Positions 31,403-41,486 of a stretch of DNA of 64,000 bases are shown in pieces. How positions within the stretch are numbered: the stretch's first letter is position 1; each line of letters begins with the position of its first letter. Source of the DNA: an uncultured virus (IMG/VR IMGVR_UViG_2568526633_000001). Taxonomy: Duplodnaviria > Heunggongvirae > Uroviricota > Caudoviricetes. Where the stretch lies: the IMG/VR virus record IMGVR_UViG_2568526633_000001. One strand, given 5' to 3'. The translations under genes and the position numbers were made by a program. Under the pieces are notes generated by a model. It did not search any database. It saw nothing but the letters and a program-made list of their open reading frames with translations, and was not told the origin of the DNA.

Positions 31403-32754
31403 AATTTATTCCGCATGAGTATCAGCAGTACTCAATAGACTTTATCAAGAATAACAAGATTGCCGCCCTTCTGTTAGAAATGGGATTGGGCAAAACGGTG
31501 ACCACGCTAACAGCGATCAAGGATTTGATGCATGACGACTTCTCAATCAAGAAAGTCTTGATTGTGGCTCCTCTTAGAGTAGCCCAATCGACATGGCCCA
31601 ATGAAATCGAAAAGTGGGATCACTTGAAAGATTTGACCTATTCCGTTGTTCTTGGCACTCCCAAGCAACGCAAAGAGGCACTTTGGAAGAAAGCTGACCT
31701 GTATCTAATCAATCGAGAAAACCTGGATTGGCTAATTACGAAGTCTGGCTTTGATTTCGACTTTGACATGGTAGTGATTGATGAGCTGTCGTCTTTCAAA
31801 AACTATAAGGCAAAGAGGTTCACGAGCTTGATGCAAGTTCGCCATAAGGTTGACCGCATCGTTGGTTTGACCGGCACACCTTCAAGTAATGGTCTTATGG
31901 ATTTGTTTGCGGAGTTCAAGGTCTTGGATATGGGTGAGCGCTTGGAATATTACATTTCGAGGTATCGAGATAAGTATTTCCTACCGGATAAGCGAAATGG
32001 ACTGCAGATTTATTCTTGGAAACCAAGGGAGAATGCGGAACAGGAAATCTATGACAAGATTTCGGACATCACCATTTCCATGAAGTCGGTGGATTTCTTA
32101 GATATGCCAGAACTTGTGATAAACGAAGTGCCAGTCTCTCTTGGTGAGACTGAGAAACACAAGTACGACAAGTTCAAGGCAGACTTGGTGCTACAACTCA
32201 AAGATGCGGATATTGATGCCGCCAACGCAGCCGTTCTTTCCAACAAGTTACTGCAGATGGCGAATGGAGCAATCTATGACGAGTTCAACGTCAGCCACCA
32301 CATCCATGACCAAAAGCTAGATGCCTTGGAAGATTTGATTGAAGGAGCAAACGGCAAGTCAATCCTTATCGCTTATTGGTTTCAACATGACCTTGAGAGA
32401 ATTAAAGAGCGGTTCAAGGTTCGTCAAATTAAGACTGCCAAAGACATCGAGGAATGGAACAAAGGAAATATTCCTATCGGTGTGATTCATCCTGCAAGTG
32501 CTGGTCACGGACTCAACCTTCAAGCAGGAGGTTCAACCCTTGTCTGGTTCGGATTGACGTGGAGCCTTGAGCTTTATCAACAAACAAATGCAAGACTGTG
32601 GCGACAAGGGCAAAACGAGACCGTGGTAATTCATCACATCATTGCCAAGGATACGATTGATGAAGATGTGATGTTGGCTTTGAAACTGAAAGATAAAACT
32701 CAAGCAAGTTTGATAGATGCCGTCAAAGCAAGATTGGAGGAAAAAAATGATTAG
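31399..32754 (+). CDS. SNF2-like helicase
   Basis: MGLGKT, VIDELS, LTGTP, HGLNLQ, ARLWRQGQ. Confidence 0.92.
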   Translation: MKFIPHEYQQYSIDFIKNNKIAALLLEMGLGKTVTTLTAIKDLMHDDFSIKKVLIVAPLRVAQSTWPNEIEKWDHLKDLTYSVVLGTPKQRKEALWKKADLYLINRENLDWLITKSGFDFDFDMVVIDELSSFKNYKAKRFTSLMQVRHKVDRIVGLTGTPSSNGLMDLFAEFKVLDMGERLEYYISRYRDKYFLPDKRNGLQIYSWKPRENAEQEIYDKISDITISMKSVDFLDMPELVINEVPVSLGETEKHKYDKFKADLVLQLKDADIDAANAAVLSNKLLQMANGAIYDEFNVSHHIHDQKLDALEDLIEGANGKSILIAYWFQHDLERIKERFKVRQIKTAKDIEEWNKGNIPIGVIHPASAGHGLNLQAGGSTLVWFGLTWSLELYQQTNARLWRQGQNETVVIHHIIAKDTIDEDVMLALKLKDKTQASLIDAVKARLEEKND

Positions 32755-33091
32755 TGTACTGGAAAAACGATATGCATTACGCAAAGAGCTGAGGGCTGAT
32801 TTGGACTTCTATTTGAAACAATCGAAGGAACATCCTGAATATCAAATTAGCGAGGATATTCAAGAAAGCATCTCTAAAAAGATTAAGTTCTATGCTGATT
32901 TAACGACATGGTTTCAAAAGCTAACATTGGAAGTTCAAGAGCCGTTAAAAATTCGTGTGTTTCACCTTCGCTACAATATGGGATTTGAACTCGAGGAGAT
33001 TGCTGACGGTCTAGGGATTTCGGTGGAAGAAGTTGAAAGCATTATCACCTCGACTGAAAAACACCTGATGCATATCGAATGGTTCAAGTAG
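32747..33091 (+). CDS. Sigma70 region-4-like HTH protein
   Basis: VFHLRYNMGFELEEIADGLGIS. Confidence 0.6.
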   Translation: MISVLEKRYALRKELRADLDFYLKQSKEHPEYQISEDIQESISKKIKFYADLTTWFQKLTLEVQEPLKIRVFHLRYNMGFELEEIADGLGISVEEVESIITSTEKHLMHIEWFK

Positions 33092-33102
33092 GAGGGTTGC
33101 AG

Positions 33103-33519
33103 ATGACACCAAAAGAATATCTAAAACAAACAGATACCATGAAGAAACACATCAATTCACTTGAGGTCGACCTCGAAGAGATGCGAGCGTTGTCGTGCAG
33201 CGTTTCAGCAGTTCGATATGATGAGGAACGTATTAACAATGGGACAAGGAATACTGAAGCACCTTTCATTCGAAGTCTTGAGCGGATTGCAGATATGGAG
33301 TCAAAGATTGAAAATGCAAAACATGCTTTGTTGTCCTTGAAATTAGACATTAGTGAAGCAATTGACTTGCTTGAAGATGTAGACGAGCGAGCTTTGCTTA
33401 GAGCTAGGTATGTCAATGGGAAAAGTTGGCGGATGATTGCCAAGCAGATGTGTTACTCTCAGAGCACCGTTCACCGCATTCATTCCAACGCATTAATGCA
33501 TTTTTCAGTCCCAAATTGA
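33103..33519 (+). CDS. RinA/ArpU-like late transcriptional activator
   Basis: MTPKEYL...LLRARYVNGKSWRMIA...YSQSTVHRIHSNAL; last gene before the packaging module. Confidence 0.82.
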   Translation: MTPKEYLKQTDTMKKHINSLEVDLEEMRALSCSVSAVRYDEERINNGTRNTEAPFIRSLERIADMESKIENAKHALLSLKLDISEAIDLLEDVDERALLRARYVNGKSWRMIAKQMCYSQSTVHRIHSNALMHFSVPN

Positions 33520-33520
33520 A

Positions 33521-33588
33521 AGTTGACACACAATGAGAGTCCATGAGAGACGATGACACATTGTGTAATTAATTTAAGGTGGTAAAAT
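33521..33588 (+). promoter_or_regulatory. Late promoter with four 10-bp-period activator repeats
   Basis: TGA(C/G)A(C/G) at 33524, 33534, 33544 and 33554, then extended -10 TGGTAAAAT at 33580. Confidence 0.7.
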
Positions 33589-33673
33589 AGTATTATCAAA
33601 AAACTATAGTTTACCAAGCCTTCGTGGAGAAATCCTCGGGGGCTTTTACTTTGCACAGAAAGGAGAGCTACCC

Positions 33674-34039
33674 ATGCCAATGAAACCAGCTAAACCCTGT
33701 AAGTATCCAGGTTGTCCGCACCTCACGCATGCCGACTATTGCGAAGAGCATAGATTACTTGCGAGGAAACGTTACGAGAAATACGAACGTGATCCGGAGA
33801 CCAACAAACGTTACGGCAGAGCTTGGAAAAAGATAAGGGCAAGATATGTGGCAGCTCATCCTCTGTGTGAGATGTGTCAGGCAGAAGGAAGGCTCACGTC
33901 AACCGAGATTGTCCATCACATCAAAGAACTGAGTGAAGGTGGAACGCATGACTTTTCAAATTTGATGAGCGTGTGTAAGTCCTGCCATTCACGAATCCAC
34001 ATGACACGAATGAACGCGAAAGATAAAACTATCTTGTAG
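33674..34039 (+). CDS. Terminase-associated HNH endonuclease
   Basis: CEMC...VHHIK...NLMSVCKSCH; upstream of terS. Confidence 0.9.
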   Translation: MPMKPAKPCKYPGCPHLTHADYCEEHRLLARKRYEKYERDPETNKRYGRAWKKIRARYVAAHPLCEMCQAEGRLTSTEIVHHIKELSEGGTHDFSNLMSVCKSCHSRIHMTRMNAKDKTIL

Positions 34040-34170
34040 AACGTACTGATGGGGAGGGGCGGTCAACATCTCTACGACCTGTCGAATTGAACAGCGCGCT
34101 AGGCTCTCACGCGCAAAAAGTTCAATTCAAAGGCCCTATTAACCCCCAAGAGAAAAAGGAGGCGAGAACA

Positions 34171-34749
34171 ATCGCAAGAGACGGTACAAACAGAGGCGGT
34201 AGACGTGCGAAGGCAGGTTCTAAACCAACGCCTCTAGCAGATAAATTAGCAGCCAGTAAGTCCGGTAAACGAATCGAAATCCATGAATTTGAACCAGAGA
34301 CACTATTGGTTGGTGGTGATATTGGTGAGGGCGCAGAACTTGAGGGAGCTGATATGCCAGACCCAAGTGAGTACCTTTCGGCCAAACAGAAGGACGGTAC
34401 AACATTGGGAGCGGATGAATTATTCCGGGAGACATGGTTATGGCTTAAGGAGCGTGGTTGCGAGAAACTCGTCAGCCCAAGGGTGCTTGAAGGCTATGCA
34501 CAAGCCTTTGCTCGTTATATTCAGTGTGAACAGGCTGTCAGCCAGTATGGTCTGCTCGGGAAACACCCAACGACAGGTGGTGTCGTGACGAGCCCATTTG
34601 TGACGATGAGCCAAAGTTTTCAGAAACAAGCCAATCTCCTCTGGTATGAGATTTTCGATATTGTGAAACAAAACTGCACGACAGATTTTGAAGGCAGTCC
34701 AAATGATGATGCAATGGAGCGATTGCTCCGTTCAAGGAAAGGAAATTAA
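34171..34749 (+). CDS. Terminase small subunit (P27-like); apparent ATC start
   Basis: ARDGTNRGG N-terminus; AGGAGG 8 nt upstream of ATC; position between HNH and terL. Confidence 0.75.
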   Translation: MARDGTNRGGRRAKAGSKPTPLADKLAASKSGKRIEIHEFEPETLLVGGDIGEGAELEGADMPDPSEYLSAKQKDGTTLGADELFRETWLWLKERGCEKLVSPRVLEGYAQAFARYIQCEQAVSQYGLLGKHPTTGGVVTSPFVTMSQSFQKQANLLWYEIFDIVKQNCTTDFEGSPNDDAMERLLRSRKGN

Positions 34750-34753
34750 ACCA

Positions 34754-35536
34754 ATGATAGAAAAAGTAAATCCGAGCCACCCTGATAAAATTGCCGACCG
34801 TATTGCTGGGGCAATCGTGGACTTGGCTTACCAAGAAGACAAGAATCCAAAGATAGCAGTTGAGATTTTAATCGGGCATGGCATCTGTCATGTGATTATT
34901 GAAACCTCGACTGCTCTTTCTTTTGAGGAAGTGCGTAAGGCAATCAAACGTATCGCGGGGGATGTTAAACAAGATATTGTGGTCGTGCCACAAGACGAGG
35001 AGTTAGCCGAAAATCAAGTTGATGCAATTCGTTGTGGGGATAACGGCATCTTCAAAGGAGTACCACTGACTGATGAACAGCTTAAAATCTCGAAAATCGT
35101 CCGTGAGCTTTATGAGAAATATCCGACAGACGGGAAGTTCATTCTGGATGGTGAGCGTTTGATTATCTGTCAAAGCCATGCGAAAACTGCTGAACTTAAA
35201 GACTTGTATCCATTTGCTCAAATCAATCCCCTAGGCGATTGGACTGGCGGCACTGATGTTGATACAGGAGCGACCAACCGCAAACTTGGTTCAGACATGG
35301 CTGATTCAGTCACAGGTGGAGGGCTGCATGGTAAAGACTTATCCAAGGCGGATGTATCAATTAACATCCACGCATTCCTCAAGGCCCAACAAACAGGAAA
35401 GCCAGTTGAACTAATCTGTGCCATTGGTGATGAGGAAGTTGATGGCTTGCCTTACTCGGTAATTGTAGAGGAAGCGCGTGACTTCGTGAATCAGCTTGGT
35501 GGATTCGAGAAATTAGCAGAATGGGGGTTGTTCTAG
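34754..35536 (+). CDS. metK: Short S-adenosylmethionine synthetase-like protein
   Basis: HPDKIAD, GDNG, DTGATNRK and GGGLHGKDLSKAD MetK motifs; ~260 aa. Confidence 0.8.
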   Translation: MIEKVNPSHPDKIADRIAGAIVDLAYQEDKNPKIAVEILIGHGICHVIIETSTALSFEEVRKAIKRIAGDVKQDIVVVPQDEELAENQVDAIRCGDNGIFKGVPLTDEQLKISKIVRELYEKYPTDGKFILDGERLIICQSHAKTAELKDLYPFAQINPLGDWTGGTDVDTGATNRKLGSDMADSVTGGGLHGKDLSKADVSINIHAFLKAQQTGKPVELICAIGDEEVDGLPYSVIVEEARDFVNQLGGFEKLAEWGLF

Positions 35537-36787
35537 ATGATTAAAACAATCGACCATTTTGAAAAGGTAGACATTGAAAAGCTCGTTCCCTATGCAAGGA
35601 ATTCACGAACTCACTCCAAGGAACAGGTGCTTCAACTGCGAGCCTCACTCAGAGAGTTTGGTTTTCTGAATCCATGCTTGATTGACAAAGACTTTAATGT
35701 CATCGCAGGTCATGGACGAATCATGGCGGCGAAGGAAGAAGGCATTAAAGAAGTGCCTTGTATCTTTATCGAGCATCTGACAGAGGCGCAAAAGCGAGCT
35801 TACATCATTGCCGATAACAAGCTTGCCATGAACGCTGGCTGGGATGATGAAATGCTCTCGATTGAATTGTCTGACCTTCAAGGTGCGGACTTCGATTTGG
35901 ACTTGCTCGGATTTGATCCCGCTGAGATTGACCAGTTACTGAATGGTGATGCAGAAGCTCAAGAAGATGAGTTTGATGTGGATGCCGAACTTGAGAAACC
36001 AACCTTCTCGAAAACCGGGGACTTGTGGTTGCTTGGCAATCACCGTCTTGTTTGCGGGGACAGTACCAAGCAAGAAACCTATGATGTCCTGATGGATGGC
36101 AAACTTGCCAATCTCACCGTGACGGATCCTCCTTACAACGTGAATTACGAAGGCAGTGCGGGCAAAATCAAAAATGACAATATGGCAAACGAGGCGTTCT
36201 ACACATTCCTGTATGACGCTTTTTCTTGTATGGAAAAATCAATGGCAGACGATGCCAGCATTTATGTGTTCCATGCCGATACGGAGGGATTGAATTTTCG
36301 TAAAGCCTTTGTGGACGCAGGATTTTACCTCTCAGGGACTTGTATTTGGAAGAAACAAAGTCTCGTCCTTGGTCGCTCTCCTTATCAATGGCAACATGAG
36401 CCAGTCCTCTATGGCTGGAAGAAGAAAGGGAAACATCAGTGGTATACAGGTCGCAAAGAGTCGACCATTTGGGAATTTGATAAACCAAAGAAAAATGGCG
36501 ACCACCCAACCATGAAACCTATTCCGTTGCTTGCCTATCCAATCACCAATTCGAGCATGAGTAACTGCATCGTCCTTGATCCATTTGGTGGTAGTGGTTC
36601 AACTCTTATTGCTTGTGAGCAGACAAACCGCATTTGCCACACGATTGAACTGGATGAGAAGTTCGTTGACGTGATTGTGAATCGTTATATCGAACAGGTT
36701 GGTTCAGCTGAATCTGTTCGAGTGATCCGCGATGCTCAAACGCTCACCTATGAAGATGTGTTTTCGAGGGACGATTGTATCAACTAA
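35537..36787 (+). CDS. ParB-like N-terminal domain plus N6/N4 DNA methyltransferase
   Basis: IAGHGR and ADNK (ParB); DPPY, HPTMKP and DPFGGSG (beta-class order). Confidence 0.92.
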   Translation: MIKTIDHFEKVDIEKLVPYARNSRTHSKEQVLQLRASLREFGFLNPCLIDKDFNVIAGHGRIMAAKEEGIKEVPCIFIEHLTEAQKRAYIIADNKLAMNAGWDDEMLSIELSDLQGADFDLDLLGFDPAEIDQLLNGDAEAQEDEFDVDAELEKPTFSKTGDLWLLGNHRLVCGDSTKQETYDVLMDGKLANLTVTDPPYNVNYEGSAGKIKNDNMANEAFYTFLYDAFSCMEKSMADDASIYVFHADTEGLNFRKAFVDAGFYLSGTCIWKKQSLVLGRSPYQWQHEPVLYGWKKKGKHQWYTGRKESTIWEFDKPKKNGDHPTMKPIPLLAYPITNSSMSNCIVLDPFGGSGSTLIACEQTNRICHTIELDEKFVDVIVNRYIEQVGSAESVRVIRDAQTLTYEDVFSRDDCIN

Positions 36788-36809
36788 AACCATTAAGAAC
36801 TGGCTAATC

Positions 36810-36841
36810 ACTTGATATAAAAGGCTTTCTGAGTGATATAT
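36810..36841 (+). promoter_or_regulatory. Second conserved motif, copy 1
   Basis: ACTTGATATAA-N10-GAGTGATATAT. Confidence 0.65.
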
Positions 36842-36874
36842 GTAATGAACAAAAAGCAAAAGGAGGACATCAAG

Positions 36875-37264
36875 ATGATGCCAAATCGTGAAACAATCGA
36901 ACGCTTGAAAGAAACATACCCTGAAGGCACACGGGTGGAACTGGTAGCCATGAGCGACACGTACGCCCCACCAAAGGGCACACAGGGAACGGTGACGGGG
37001 GTGGATGACATTGGTTCGCTTCTCGTGAAATGGGACAATGGTTCAAGCCTCAACGTGTTGTACGGGGAGGACATGGTGCGAATCGTCAAGCCCAAGAAAA
37101 GCTTCAAACTGGTTTTCCAAAACGGAACCGTTAAGGAATATGAGACTTATGAAGAAGCTTGGGATTTTGTCACCGACATGGTGTTGAATGACGACTTGGT
37201 CTGGGTGGACTTTTATCCAACTGAACATAACTGGGATATGGTTCGAGTGAGAAAGGGGTTCTAA
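36875..37264 (+). CDS. DUF4314-like protein
   Basis: YPEGTRVELVAM...GTVTGVDDIG...WDNGSSL. Confidence 0.8.
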   Translation: MMPNRETIERLKETYPEGTRVELVAMSDTYAPPKGTQGTVTGVDDIGSLLVKWDNGSSLNVLYGEDMVRIVKPKKSFKLVFQNGTVKEYETYEEAWDFVTDMVLNDDLVWVDFYPTEHNWDMVRVRKGF

Positions 37265-37266
37265 CC

Positions 37267-37461
37267 ATGGGAGTGAGCAAGCGTAAAATCTACAACATTG
37301 CCAAGAAACACATCTACGGTTTGCCTGAACGGGGTGACTTGAAGGCACATAACAGTGACCGTGAAGATTTCCTCGACATTGCCGTGTGGAGCCTTGAGGA
37401 TGCGTTAATCGCAGCCTACGAGCAAGGCAGAAAGGATGGGCAAAATGAATCCAAGAATTAA
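37267..37461 (+). CDS. Small phage protein (DUF6900-like)
   Basis: NSDREDFLDIAVWSLEDALIAAYEQG. Confidence 0.7.
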   Translation: MGVSKRKIYNIAKKHIYGLPERGDLKAHNSDREDFLDIAVWSLEDALIAAYEQGRKDGQNESKN

Positions 37462-37633
37462 GAAACAAATCATTGCCATTCAAGAGTCGGGGCTGACAAA
37501 CATGCTCGACACCAATTACGTGCAGCGACTAGCTCATGAGCGTAACTTCTTTGAACTCGTGATTTTCATTGAAGACCACAAGAAGGAGTACGTGCATTTC
37601 ATCATGACAGGAGATGAATCTGATGTGGACTAA
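37445..37633 (+). CDS. DUF5049-like protein
   Basis: QIIAIQESGLTNMLD...YVHFIMTG. Confidence 0.75.
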   Translation: MNPRIKKQIIAIQESGLTNMLDTNYVQRLAHERNFFELVIFIEDHKKEYVHFIMTGDESDVD

Positions 37634-37847
37634 TGGTGTGATTAAGATTGATAAGACCAACGTAACCTTCAGTGTAAAGCATTTTGAAGAACCAAGCGAG
37701 TTTGGGATTGACGAAGGTTGCATTTCCAAACTCGAACTGAGAGTGAAGGGAAAGATTGTCGCCGACTACGACCGTGGATGGGATATTGAACCAAGCGATG
37801 CTGCGGTTGAGAAAGCACTACAATATGTGCTTGCGACTTACAACTAA
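37623..37847 (+). CDS. Small phage protein
   Basis: SEFGIDEGCISKL...YDRGWDIEP; followed by a terminator hairpin at ~37856-37880. Confidence 0.7.
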   Translation: MWTNGVIKIDKTNVTFSVKHFEEPSEFGIDEGCISKLELRVKGKIVADYDRGWDIEPSDAAVEKALQYVLATYN

Positions 37848-37891
37848 AATTTTGAAGAACAGCTTGAGGGCTGTTTTTCTTATGGAAAGGA

Positions 37892-39499
37892 GTGGTGCGG
37901 TTGCCTTTAAAGAAATATAAGCCGACCAAGTTTAAGGAAAAATCGTCCAAGTATGACAAAGACTTAGCTGATTATGCCGTGAACTTTATCGAGTGCCTGA
38001 GCCATACCAAAGGAACATGGGCGGGCAAACCGTTTGAACTCCTTGATTGGCAGGAACAAATCATCCGTGATTTATTTGGCACGGTTAAGCCAAATGGTTA
38101 TCGGCAGTTCAATACGGCTTACATTGAAATCCCCAAGAAGATGGGGAAATCAGAACTTGCGGCTGCGGTAGCTCTGTTGCTTACTTGTGGTGATGGTGAA
38201 GAACGTGCCGAGGTTTATGGTTGTGCAGCTGACCGGCAACAAGCCTCTATCGTATTTGAGGTGGCTGCCGATATGGTGCGAATGTGTCCTGCATTGAATA
38301 AGCGAGTGAAGATCCTTGCCTCACAGAAACGGATAGTCTTCAAGCCAACGAATAGTTTTTATCAAGTTTTGTCAGCTGAGGCTTATTCCAAACACGGCTT
38401 TAACATCCACGGTGTCGTCTTTGATGAGCTACATACCCAGCCCAACCGTAAGCTCTTTGATGTAATGACGAAGGGTTCAGGTGATGCACGTACCCAACCT
38501 TTGTATTTCTTGATTACGACTGCTGGGACGGATACCAATTCCATCTGTTATGAAACGCATCAGAAGGCACTTGATATTATTGACGGTCGCAAGCACGACA
38601 CGACTTTCTATCCTGTGATTTATGGGGCGGATGAAAGTGATGATTGGACAGATCCGAAAGTTTGGAAGAAGGCGAATCCGTCTCTTGGTGTCACGGTAGG
38701 TATTGATAAGGTCAAGGCAGCTTGTGAGTCGGCAAAGCAAAACCCTGCCGAGGAAAACTCATTCAGGCAGTTACGCCTAAACCAATGGGTGAAACAAGCC
38801 ATTCGGTGGATGCCAATGGATAAATGGGACGCTTGTGGTTTTAAGGTAGCTGAGAAATCGCTAGAAGGACGAGTTTGTTATGGTGGGCTTGACCTTTCCA
38901 GCACGACCGACATTACATCCTTTGTTTTGGTCTTTCCACCCGAAGATGAGGATGATAAGTTTGTCATCTTGCCGTATTTCTGGATACCAGAGGAAACGCT
39001 TGACCTACGGGTGAAACGTGACCATGTCCCTTATGATTTATGGGAAAAGCAAGGGTGGCTGAAAACCACTGAGGGGAATGTCGTTCATTACGGGTTCATT
39101 GAAACCTTTATTGAGGAACTCGGACAGAAATACAACATCCGAGAAATCGCCTTTGACCGTTGGGGTGCTGTTCAGATGGTTCAGAACCTCGAGGGAATGG
39201 GCTTTACGGTTGTACCTTTCGGACAAGGGTTTAAGGATATGAGCCCGCCGACCAAAGAATTGATGAAACTAACTCTAGAGCAGAAAATCGCTCATGGTGC
39301 GCATCCCGTTCTTCGGTGGAATATGGATAACATCTTCATTCGAACTGACCCAGCAGGAAACATCAAAGCCGATAAAGAAAAATCAACGGAGAAGATTGAT
39401 GGAGCGATTGCGACCATCATGGCACTCGACCGTGCTATCCGCTGTGGGAATAATAATGCAGCAAGTGTCTATGATGATAGAGGCTTGTTATTTTTGTGA
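37892..39499 (+). CDS. terL: Terminase large subunit
   Basis: IPKKMGKSE Walker A, VFDELH Walker B, GGLDLS and KIDG nuclease motifs. Confidence 0.95.
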   Translation: MVRLPLKKYKPTKFKEKSSKYDKDLADYAVNFIECLSHTKGTWAGKPFELLDWQEQIIRDLFGTVKPNGYRQFNTAYIEIPKKMGKSELAAAVALLLTCGDGEERAEVYGCAADRQQASIVFEVAADMVRMCPALNKRVKILASQKRIVFKPTNSFYQVLSAEAYSKHGFNIHGVVFDELHTQPNRKLFDVMTKGSGDARTQPLYFLITTAGTDTNSICYETHQKALDIIDGRKHDTTFYPVIYGADESDDWTDPKVWKKANPSLGVTVGIDKVKAACESAKQNPAEENSFRQLRLNQWVKQAIRWMPMDKWDACGFKVAEKSLEGRVCYGGLDLSSTTDITSFVLVFPPEDEDDKFVILPYFWIPEETLDLRVKRDHVPYDLWEKQGWLKTTEGNVVHYGFIETFIEELGQKYNIREIAFDRWGAVQMVQNLEGMGFTVVPFGQGFKDMSPPTKELMKLTLEQKIAHGAHPVLRWNMDNIFIRTDPAGNIKADKEKSTEKIDGAIATIMALDRAIRCGNNNAASVYDDRGLLFL

Positions 39500-39539
39500 T
39501 TATTCACTCTCATGAGCTAATCCGTGATAAAATCATATA

Positions 39540-39624
39540 CAGAAGATAAAAACACGTCCCGGTAGGTAGTCCGGGAGCGACAAATGTCGTCAGTAACCTG
39601 CCTCCTTGGTTGTCCTTTCTTCTG
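39540..39624 (+). ncRNA. yjdF riboswitch (azaaromatic-binding, tRNA-like fold)
   Basis: P1 CAGAAGA/TCTTCTG enclosing AAAAACACG, CGGTAGGTAGTCCGG, GTCAGTAACCT and TGTCC elements, directly upstream of a YjdF-like gene. Confidence 0.85.
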
Positions 39625-39648
39625 ATTCAAAACAAAGGAGGGATTGCC

Positions 39649-40068
39649 GTGGAGAAGATAAGTGCAACATTGACGGTGTTGTTCGAAGATCCATTCTGGG
39701 TTGGCGTTTTTGAGAGAAGGTATGATGACAAGATTGAGGTCGCCAAAGTAACCTTTGAGAAAGAGCCTAAAGATTATGAGGTTTATGACTTCGTTTTGCG
39801 CCAATACCATTACTTGAAATTCAGTCCAGCAATCGAAGATGATGTGCTTAGTGATAAGAAAATCAATCCAAAACGCTTGCAGAAATTGGCTAAGAAGCAA
39901 GCTTCTGAGGTCGGTATTGGCACGAAAGCACAACAAGCACTGAAACTTCAACTAGAAGAGCGAAAATTGGAACGCAAGAAAAGCAGTCGTGAACAACGAG
40001 AAGCTGAAAAGCAAAAACAATTTGAACTCCGACAAAAGAAACGTCACGAGAAACACAGAGGGCATTAA
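39649..40068 (+). CDS. yjdF: YjdF (DUF2992) family protein
   Basis: LTVLFEDPFWVGVFE, EPKDYEV, INPKRLQ and KHRGH end; GTG start with AAGGAGG. Confidence 0.88.
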   Translation: MEKISATLTVLFEDPFWVGVFERRYDDKIEVAKVTFEKEPKDYEVYDFVLRQYHYLKFSPAIEDDVLSDKKINPKRLQKLAKKQASEVGIGTKAQQALKLQLEERKLERKKSSREQREAEKQKQFELRQKKRHEKHRGH

Positions 40069-40118
40069 TTTCCCCCCTGTGTTTTTCTATACCCAAAAAT
40101 CTGGAAAGGAACTAATCA

Positions 40119-41486
40119 ATGGGAATATTTAACAGACTATTTAAGTCGCGAGATAAACCAATGAACCAAACAATCAGCTCGCCTAACCGCTTTATGTTTG
40201 GTGGAACAACGGCTGGAAAAGTCGTAACTGAACAAAGCTCCATGCAGATGACAGCTGTCTATTCTTGTGTCCGCATCTTAGCGGAGGCGGTTGCAGGCTT
40301 GCCTCTACACTTTTACAAATATCGTGAAGGTGGTGGCAAGGAAAAGGCAGTCAACCATCCGCTTTACTTTTTGCTCCATGATGAACCCAATAGTGAAATG
40401 ACCTCATTTGTCTTTCGTGAAACGCTCATGACTCATTTGCTTTTATGGGGAAATGCTTATGCTCAAATCATCAGAAATGGTAAGGGAGAGGTTGTGGGGC
40501 TTTACCCGTTAATGCCAGACAGAATGGCAGTCAATCGGGATGAAAGGAAGGAGATTTACTACCTCTACACGGTAGATTCCGGACCACAAGTCAGGCTTTC
40601 CAAGTCAGAAGTCCTGCATATTCCTGGGCTTGGATTTGATGGTTTGGTAGGATATTCGCCAATCGCAATGGCTAAGAATGCGATTGGTATGGCGATAGCC
40701 TGTGAGGAATACGGAGCCAAGTTCTTTGCGAATGGAGCGAATCCCGGTGGTGTTCTTGAACATCCAGGGACATTAAAAGATCCAGTCCGAATCCGTGAAA
40801 GTTGGAATGCGACCTTTGGAGGTTCGTCCAACGCCAGCAAGGTAGCCGTGCTTGAAGAAGGGATGAAATACAGTCCAATCTCGATTTCGCCTGAACAAGC
40901 TCAGTTCCTTGAAACTAGGAAATTTCAAATCAACGAGATAGCTCGAATTTTCAGAGTGCCACCACACATGGTTGGTGACCTTGAGAAGTCGAGCTTTTCA
41001 AATATCGAACAGCAGTCACTAGAATTTGTGAAGTACACCCTCGACCCTTGGGTGATGCGGTGGGAACAGGCTATGACCAAAGCCCTCCTCTCATTGGACG
41101 AGAAAAAGGACTACTTCATCAAGTTCAATGTGGACGGGCTTCTTCGTGGTGATTATCAGTCACGCATGAACGGTTATGCGACAGGACGTCAAAACGGGTG
41201 GATGTCAGCTAACGATATTCGAGAACTTGAAAACCTCGACCGCATTCCAGAAGAGGAAGGTGGGGACTTGTATCTCGTGAACGGCAATATGCTACCGCTC
41301 AAAGATGCTGGGGCATTTGCCACAAATACTAACGAACAGGAGGAAGAAAACCAAGATGAAGAAGTTTTGGAAGTGGGTGAATCAGACACCGAAAAATCTG
41401 ACGACACCCGAAACGCAGGAGAACCAAGAGCCAAGCCAAATCTCCGACCGAACCCTTTACCTCAACGGACAAATCGCCGAGGTTAG
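40119..41486 (+). CDS. HK97-type portal protein
   Basis: AVYSCVRILAE, LLWGNAY, IARIFRVPP, NIEQQ. Confidence 0.93.
   Translation: MGIFNRLFKSRDKPMNQTISSPNRFMFGGTTAGKVVTEQSSMQMTAVYSCVRILAEAVAGLPLHFYKYREGGGKEKAVNHPLYFLLHDEPNSEMTSFVFRETLMTHLLLWGNAYAQIIRNGKGEVVGLYPLMPDRMAVNRDERKEIYYLYTVDSGPQVRLSKSEVLHIPGLGFDGLVGYSPIAMAKNAIGMAIACEEYGAKFFANGANPGGVLEHPGTLKDPVRIRESWNATFGGSSNASKVAVLEEGMKYSPISISPEQAQFLETRKFQINEIARIFRVPPHMVGDLEKSSFSNIEQQSLEFVKYTLDPWVMRWEQAMTKALLSLDEKKDYFIKFNVDGLLRGDYQSRMNGYATGRQNGWMSANDIRELENLDRIPEEEGGDLYLVNGNMLPLKDAGAFATNTNEQEEENQDEEVLEVGESDTEKSDDTRNAGEPRAKPNLRPNPLPQRTNRRG

Noticed and set aside
41356..41486. Portal/protease overlap as a frameshift defect
   Set aside because: Both frames carry complete domains; the overlap is a low-complexity extension
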